Source: Candidatus Uhrbacteria bacterium
Lineage (GTDB): Bacteria > Patescibacteriota > Patescibacteriia > UBA9934
Reading direction: 5' to 3'
Assembly: GCA_943358395.1 (NCBI GenBank)
Contig: CALRGY010000001.1
Span: 8,008-72,007, forward strand
DNA: 64,000 bases
The notes under the pieces were generated by a model that did no database searches, was not told the DNA's origin, and was given only the letters and a program-made list of their open reading frames with translations. Position numbers and translations under genes: made by a program. Below, in pieces: positions 59,587 through 64,000 of this stretch; position 1 is the stretch's first letter; the number at the start of each line of letters is the position of its first letter.

Positions 59587-59711
59587 AAAGGTTTTTTCAT
59601 TTTGTCTCTTTTCGGCTTGCTGCGTCGCAAATTCGTTCAACGTACCGTTAAGTACGTCTCACGAACTTTGCTCCTTGCGCACCGAAAATAGCCTAAAATG
59701 AGAAAACCTCA
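59587..59711 (-). mobile_element. HP125 copy 10 (reverse, most diverged)
   Basis: AGGTTTTTTCATTTT...TTCAACGTAC-cgttaa-GTACGTCTC...AAAATGAGAAAACCT. Confidence 0.8.
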
Positions 59712-59715
59712 CTTC

Positions 59716-60657
59716 TCATGTCACATCACCGAATAAGAATACCTCATTTCGTCGCCGTTCCACGATCCCTTCGTCCACAAGCTTCGCAATCAGTGTTGTA
59801 AAACGCTGTTCATCGATGTCGTTCATCGGCGATCGTGCGCGTAATGCCTTCAGTGTCATCGATCCTTCACGTAATGCGTCAACGATGCGTCCGCGGAAGT
59901 AGCGATCGGTGCGTTCAAAGGGAATCGGAACCCCCTCCTTACTCCCCCTTTGCAGGGGGAGGGTACGCAACTGTTTCGGTTCCCTTCCTCCATGAAGTGG
60001 GGCTAATGGGCATAGTCCCCAGATATGACCTCGCGCCGAGCAATGCAGTGCGCCGATATCCATGAGCGCATGGTTCCATGTCCATACATCGCTGGGTCGA
60101 ATCAATTGCGCCAATTGCTGCATCGATTTCGGGTCGGATTTGTGCCGAGGAAATACTCGGCGGAAGATTCTCAGAATATTCGTATCCACCGGTGCGGCAT
60201 TGGGATTATGAAACGCAAACGCCGCAATGGCATTCGCGGTGTAGTCACCGATTCCTGGGAGCTGCTTCATCGCATGAATATCATTAGGAAGTTCTCCTCC
60301 AAGCTCGATCACCGCCTTCGCAAGCCGATGCAGCATAACGGCACGACGGTTGTACCCCAGCCCTTGCCATAATCGGAGCACATCGGCAGTGGATGCTGCG
60401 GCGAGGTCTGCCCACGTTGGAAATGCAAGTAAAAACGCTCGCCACTTTGGAATAACGCGATCGACTTGCGTTTGCTGCAGCATCATTTCTGAAAGCGCAA
60501 TAGCATACGGATCCGTGGTTCTTCGCCACGGCAAATCTCGCTTGTGTGCCGCAAACCATTCAAAGACGATGACGTAAAACCGTTCAACGCGCCCATTTGT
60601 AGAACGCTTTGACGCTTTCACTTTCCGTGTTGAATTCGATGGGTTTCGGGTTTTCAT
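59716..60657 (-). CDS. mutY: A/G-specific adenine glycosylase, short form
   Basis: RDLPWR, SEMMLQQTQV, WQGLGYNRRA, LPGIGDYTA, VDTNI; start uncertain. Confidence 0.88.
   Translation of the reverse strand: MKTRNPSNSTRKVKASKRSTNGRVERFYVIVFEWFAAHKRDLPWRRTTDPYAIALSEMMLQQTQVDRVIPKWRAFLLAFPTWADLAAASTADVLRLWQGLGYNRRAVMLHRLAKAVIELGGELPNDIHAMKQLPGIGDYTANAIAAFAFHNPNAAPVDTNILRIFRRVFPRHKSDPKSMQQLAQLIRPSDVWTWNHALMDIGALHCSARGHIWGLCPLAPLHGGREPKQLRTLPLQRGSKEGVPIPFERTDRYFRGRIVDALREGSMTLKALRARSPMNDIDEQRFTTLIAKLVDEGIVERRRNEVFLFGDVT
59931..59963 (-). repeat. REP-like palindrome in-frame within mutY
   Basis: CCCTCCCCCTGCAAAGGGGGAGTAAGGAGGGGG on the minus strand. Confidence 0.7.
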
Positions 60658-61195
60658 ACGGCGGCAGTGTGTTAAAGCTCATCGAGGAACCCGCTTCGCA
60701 CTCCTCGACCCCCTCCGACTCCCCCTTGGCAGGGGGAGGGTTCACGACGGATACGGTCGATTCCATCGCAAGGACATCAACCCGGTACAACCATCCATAA
60801 TTCACTAAGGTCATAGTTCCTGCTGTGGTGAAGTGAAGATCGCGTACGTCGATGATGACGGAACCCTTTACAACGATTCGCCCGCCATACAACGCCAGCT
60901 CCTCCTTCCCCTCACGATCATTAATCACCACCAGGCTCGTGCCGTCGTCCATCCAAATCGTTGATGAACCAAACGCCACTTTCATCATCGATGAACACGA
61001 CAAAACATTCTGCCGCGAAACATCAACGCTTTCACATCCAAGATCGGTGGATGGTGCCGTCTGACTCACAATCGTAATCACAGATCGTGGACGATACCCA
61101 TCTCCCCCGGCAAAGCGCGCATCAAAATGCCTGCCAATCAACAGTGCCATCGAAAGCACAACAATCACACCGATGATCCATCGATTAGAGTTCAT
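60584..61195 (-). CDS. Membrane-anchored hypothetical protein (FecR-like beta region)
   Basis: N-terminal TM; STIWMDDGTSL..L..GRI pattern. Confidence 0.6.
   Translation of the reverse strand: MNSNRWIIGVIVVLSMALLIGRHFDARFAGGDGYRPRSVITIVSQTAPSTDLGCESVDVSRQNVLSCSSMMKVAFGSSTIWMDDGTSLVVINDREGKEELALYGGRIVVKGSVIIDVRDLHFTTAGTMTLVNYGWLYRVDVLAMESTVSVVNPPPAKGESEGVEECEAGSSMSFNTLPPYENPKPIEFNTESESVKAFYKWAR
60709..60740 (-). repeat. REP-like palindrome in-frame within the hypothetical gene
   Basis: CCCTCCCCCTGCCAAGGGGGAGTCGGAGGGGG on the minus strand. Confidence 0.7.
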
Positions 61196-62546
61196 ACGTT
61201 TGCGTCACCCGAGGAATCTCCGCTGCGATTCCGAGCTCGGTACGAAGATGCTCCGCAAACGCTTCTTTGATGCCTCCCTCACCATGCACCAGAAAAACAC
61301 GCTTCGGCAACACTCCACTCCCCCGCACAAACGTCGTTAATTTCTTTTGGTCGCCGTGGGCAGAAAACGCATCGATCGTCAGTACCTCGGCGCGTACCGT
61401 ATGTTTTTCCCCGTAAATATTCACCTCCGTTACGCCGTTCTGAATCTTTCGCCCCAACGTATGATCTGCCTGGTACCCAATAATCAGCACGCCCGATTTC
61501 TCATCGCTGATGTACCGCGCAAGATGATGCAGCACGCGCCCGCCCGTCATCATGCCGTTGCCCGCAATAATCACCTTTGGGCGAACATCGTCGTTAATCA
61601 CCTTCGATGCATCCGTGGAAAGCGTCTCAGTGAGCGATGGAAAGCGGAACCAATCATCATCCTTCCCCGGTGCAGCGGGATGGGTAAATGAAAGATAGTC
61701 ATGAAAAAATCGATACAACTCCGTGGCACGAATAGCAAGCGGGCTATCGAGGTAAATTGGTACCACTGTAATTTCGCCACGTTGGAACAGTTGATCCAGC
61801 GCAAAAAGCACTTCCTGTGTGCGCTCTACGGAAAACGCCGGAATAATCACCGTACCGTTTCTCCCAATCACCTTTTTGACGAAATCGGCAAGCATCGGCT
61901 CACGCACCGCAACCGGGTCATGATCCTTGGCACCATACGTCGATTCACAAATCAGCACATCTGCATCTGGCCGCGCCTCAGTATCTGGAAGAATCGGCAC
62001 GTCGTCGTTTCCAATGTCGCCGCTAAAAATGAACGTCTTTTGTTCCCCAGCATCTTTTACGCTTACGCGAATAAACGATGATCCCAAAATATGGCCCGCA
62101 TTGAAAAATTCAACCGTCACCCCCGGTAATACCACGGTAGGATGGTGATACGGCACCGCCACCACGCGTTCGAGCATGGCAGGAACATCTTCCTTTTCAT
62201 ACACCACAGGATCGCCGCATTTTCTTGCATTCTCTGCCATGACTCGCACCGAATCCTCAAGAACAAGTTGGGTCAGCGCCTTCGTGGGCGGTGTCATAAA
62301 AATCTTCCCCGCAAAGCCCTGCTTCACCACATCCGGCAAACGCCCCGTATGATCAAAATGTGCATGCGTCACCACCACGGCATCAACGGCATTCGGCGTA
62401 AACCCAAATGCTTCTAAATTTTTTGTGGAGCACATACGTTCCCCCTGATGCATTCCGCAGTCAATCAACAGCTTTCCCTGGGCTGTTTCGAGCAAAAAGC
62501 ACGAACCAGTCACGCTTTCTACCGCACCGTAGAATGTCAGCCTCAT
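61185..62546 (-). CDS. MBL-fold beta-CASP ribonuclease
   Basis: VTGSC, THAHFDHTG, AGHILGS, ESTYG, FSAHGD, LVHGE. Confidence 0.92.
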   Translation of the reverse strand: MRLTFYGAVESVTGSCFLLETAQGKLLIDCGMHQGERMCSTKNLEAFGFTPNAVDAVVVTHAHFDHTGRLPDVVKQGFAGKIFMTPPTKALTQLVLEDSVRVMAENARKCGDPVVYEKEDVPAMLERVVAVPYHHPTVVLPGVTVEFFNAGHILGSSFIRVSVKDAGEQKTFIFSGDIGNDDVPILPDTEARPDADVLICESTYGAKDHDPVAVREPMLADFVKKVIGRNGTVIIPAFSVERTQEVLFALDQLFQRGEITVVPIYLDSPLAIRATELYRFFHDYLSFTHPAAPGKDDDWFRFPSLTETLSTDASKVINDDVRPKVIIAGNGMMTGGRVLHHLARYISDEKSGVLIIGYQADHTLGRKIQNGVTEVNIYGEKHTVRAEVLTIDAFSAHGDQKKLTTFVRGSGVLPKRVFLVHGEGGIKEAFAEHLRTELGIAAEIPRVTQTYEL

Positions 62547-62617
62547 ATACAGTGATGGTACCATGGCAGCTTTTTCCTTGCCTTCTTCTCTCCCGTCGAC
62601 TTACACTAGGCACTTCT

Positions 62618-63589
62618 ATGAGTGCTATTGATTGGAAAAGCCTTGAACGCCCCATTATCGCATTGTCGCCCATGGCAGACATGACGGATAGTGCTTTTTG
62701 CCGAACAGTACGAAAGGTTACCGGTACCCACGCGCTCATCATGTTCCGCGAAATGGTGTCTTCAGAGGCCGTGGTGCGCAAAAACGACAAAACTCTTGGC
62801 ATGACTGCCATTCACCCAGATGAACGCCCACTGGTGCAGCAAATCTTTGGCAGCGATCCGGCAACCATGGCAGAAGCAGTACGCATCATCGAAGCCGAGC
62901 ACGCACCCGAAGGCTTTGACGTGAACATGGGCTGCCCGGTGTATAAAATCGTGCATAATTTTAACGGTGCTGCACTGATGAAGGAGCCGGAACGTGCGGC
63001 TGCCATCGTGAAAGCGATGAAAAGTGCAACGCAGCTCCCGGTATCAATCAAGATCAGATTAGGATGGAGCGATCCTACGGAAGCGATCACCTTCGCAAAA
63101 GTTCTCGAAGATGCTGGCGCAGATCTCATTACCGTCCATGGAAGAACCCGCATGCAAGGATATTCCGGCGTTGCAGATTGGGATATGATTCGCAAGGTGA
63201 AACACGCCGTGTCCATTCCGGTATTATGTAATGGTGACGTCCACAAAGCAGAACTGATTCCCCAAGCCCTCGCAACATCGGAATGCGACGGCGTGCTCAT
63301 TGCCCGAGGCGCACTGGGAAACCCGTGGATCTTTAAAGACTTCCAAAGTATCGCCAAAGGAAATACACCAGATCCGATCACCATCAAAGAACGGGTTCGC
63401 GTCGTCAAACAACACCTCGCGCTTCACATCGAGCAGTACGGCGCAGAATCAGTGACCACATTTCGTAAACATCTCTCGTGGTATTTCAAAGGCATTCCCC
63501 ATGTGAAGCCACATCGTGAGAAGATGATGACGGTAAAAACGCAGGAGGAACTCGATGTCATTCTCGATGGGATCGGTATAAACATTTAA
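62618..63589 (+). CDS. dusB: tRNA-dihydrouridine synthase (DusB-like)
   Basis: LSPMA, QIFGSDP, DVNMGCP, KIRLGW, VHGRT, NGD, ARGALGNPW. Confidence 0.9.
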   Translation: MSAIDWKSLERPIIALSPMADMTDSAFCRTVRKVTGTHALIMFREMVSSEAVVRKNDKTLGMTAIHPDERPLVQQIFGSDPATMAEAVRIIEAEHAPEGFDVNMGCPVYKIVHNFNGAALMKEPERAAAIVKAMKSATQLPVSIKIRLGWSDPTEAITFAKVLEDAGADLITVHGRTRMQGYSGVADWDMIRKVKHAVSIPVLCNGDVHKAELIPQALATSECDGVLIARGALGNPWIFKDFQSIAKGNTPDPITIKERVRVVKQHLALHIEQYGAESVTTFRKHLSWYFKGIPHVKPHREKMMTVKTQEELDVILDGIGINI

Positions 63590-63599
63590 CGGGCACCGT

Positions 63600-64000
63600 A
63601 TGCGAATTGGAATCTTGAGCTTCGTCACCAAAAAAGAATTTATCGCCGTAGGAACGGCAAGCATCATCGCGGAAGCAAAGCAACGGGGGCACAGTGTGAA
63701 AATGCTGTATGCGCAGAACGTTGGACTTATCTTCGGCAACGGAAAAACACTCACATACAAAGGCGACGTGCTGAACGCAGAAGATCTGGATGTGATTCTC
63801 GTTCGCCCAGGATTCACTGCCGATCCTAGCGTGAACGCCTCCATCATTAAACAATTCCAGCTTGCCGGCTTTTACGTCATCAATACATACATCGGCGTGT
63901 TCCGTGCAAAGAACAAAATTCGTACGCTCCAGATGTTGAATCATTTTGGCCTTCCGGTTCCCCGCACGCACGTGGTGGGCGACGCATCACTTTTAAAAAT
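63600..64000 (+). CDS. RimK-family ATP-grasp ligase, partial (runs off window)
   Basis: Manual translation MRIGILS...RGHSV...DVILVR...RAKNKIRTLQML...GLPVPRT. Confidence 0.8.
   Translation, partial: MRIGILSFVTKKEFIAVGTASIIAEAKQRGHSVKMLYAQNVGLIFGNGKTLTYKGDVLNAEDLDVILVRPGFTADPSVNASIIKQFQLAGFYVINTYIGVFRAKNKIRTLQMLNHFGLPVPRTHVVGDASLLK

Noticed and set aside
9185-59711. HP125 as CRISPR repeats or integron attC sites
   Set aside because: Dispersed, 125 bp, no regular spacers or cas genes; no RYYYAAC/GTTRRRY ends, both orientations, flanks essential genes, no integrase
9185-59711. HP125 as ordinary terminators or a riboswitch
   Set aside because: No U-tail, too long, orientation independent of transcription, and real terminators lie beside copies 5 and 6
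1-64000. Genetic code 25, prophage or autonomous IS
   Set aside because: TGA terminates conserved genes (mreC, clpB, murJ, lysS); no phage, transposase or integrase ORF recognised

Overview
64-kb chromosomal segment of a small-genome bacterium, most likely Patescibacteria/CPR (Parcubacteria/Uhrbacteria-like; inferred from short AlaRS, RpoA lacking the alpha-CTD, degenerate PriA, few Shine-Dalgarno sites, code 11). Genes are mostly housekeeping: UvrD-nuclease, mreBCD-mrdA, greA-lysS-serS-alr-ftsQ, gltX, CIRCE-controlled clpB, priA-def-fmt, glycosylation genes, infA-rpmJ-rpsMKD-rpoA-rplQ-rplM-rpsI, alaS, murJ, tRNA-Arg, rlmD, era, mutY, dusB, rimK. The unusual content is non-coding. (1) Ten dispersed copies of a 125-bp hairpin element (HP125) keep their length, covary in the stems and occur in both orientations. 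(2) Two 0.8-0.9 kb foldback elements share a diverged core, and a smaller relative lies upstream of mreB. (3) Short REP-like palindromes occur in-frame inside two genes, and a ~31-33 nt element is inserted after CCTT inside other repeats. (4) Two tandem GC-rich lipoprotein cassettes (CotH-like, MopE-repeat) share promoter, leader and terminator and carry the same C8 tract, where a +1 shift would restore or couple translation. No transposase, integrase or cas gene was found in the window.
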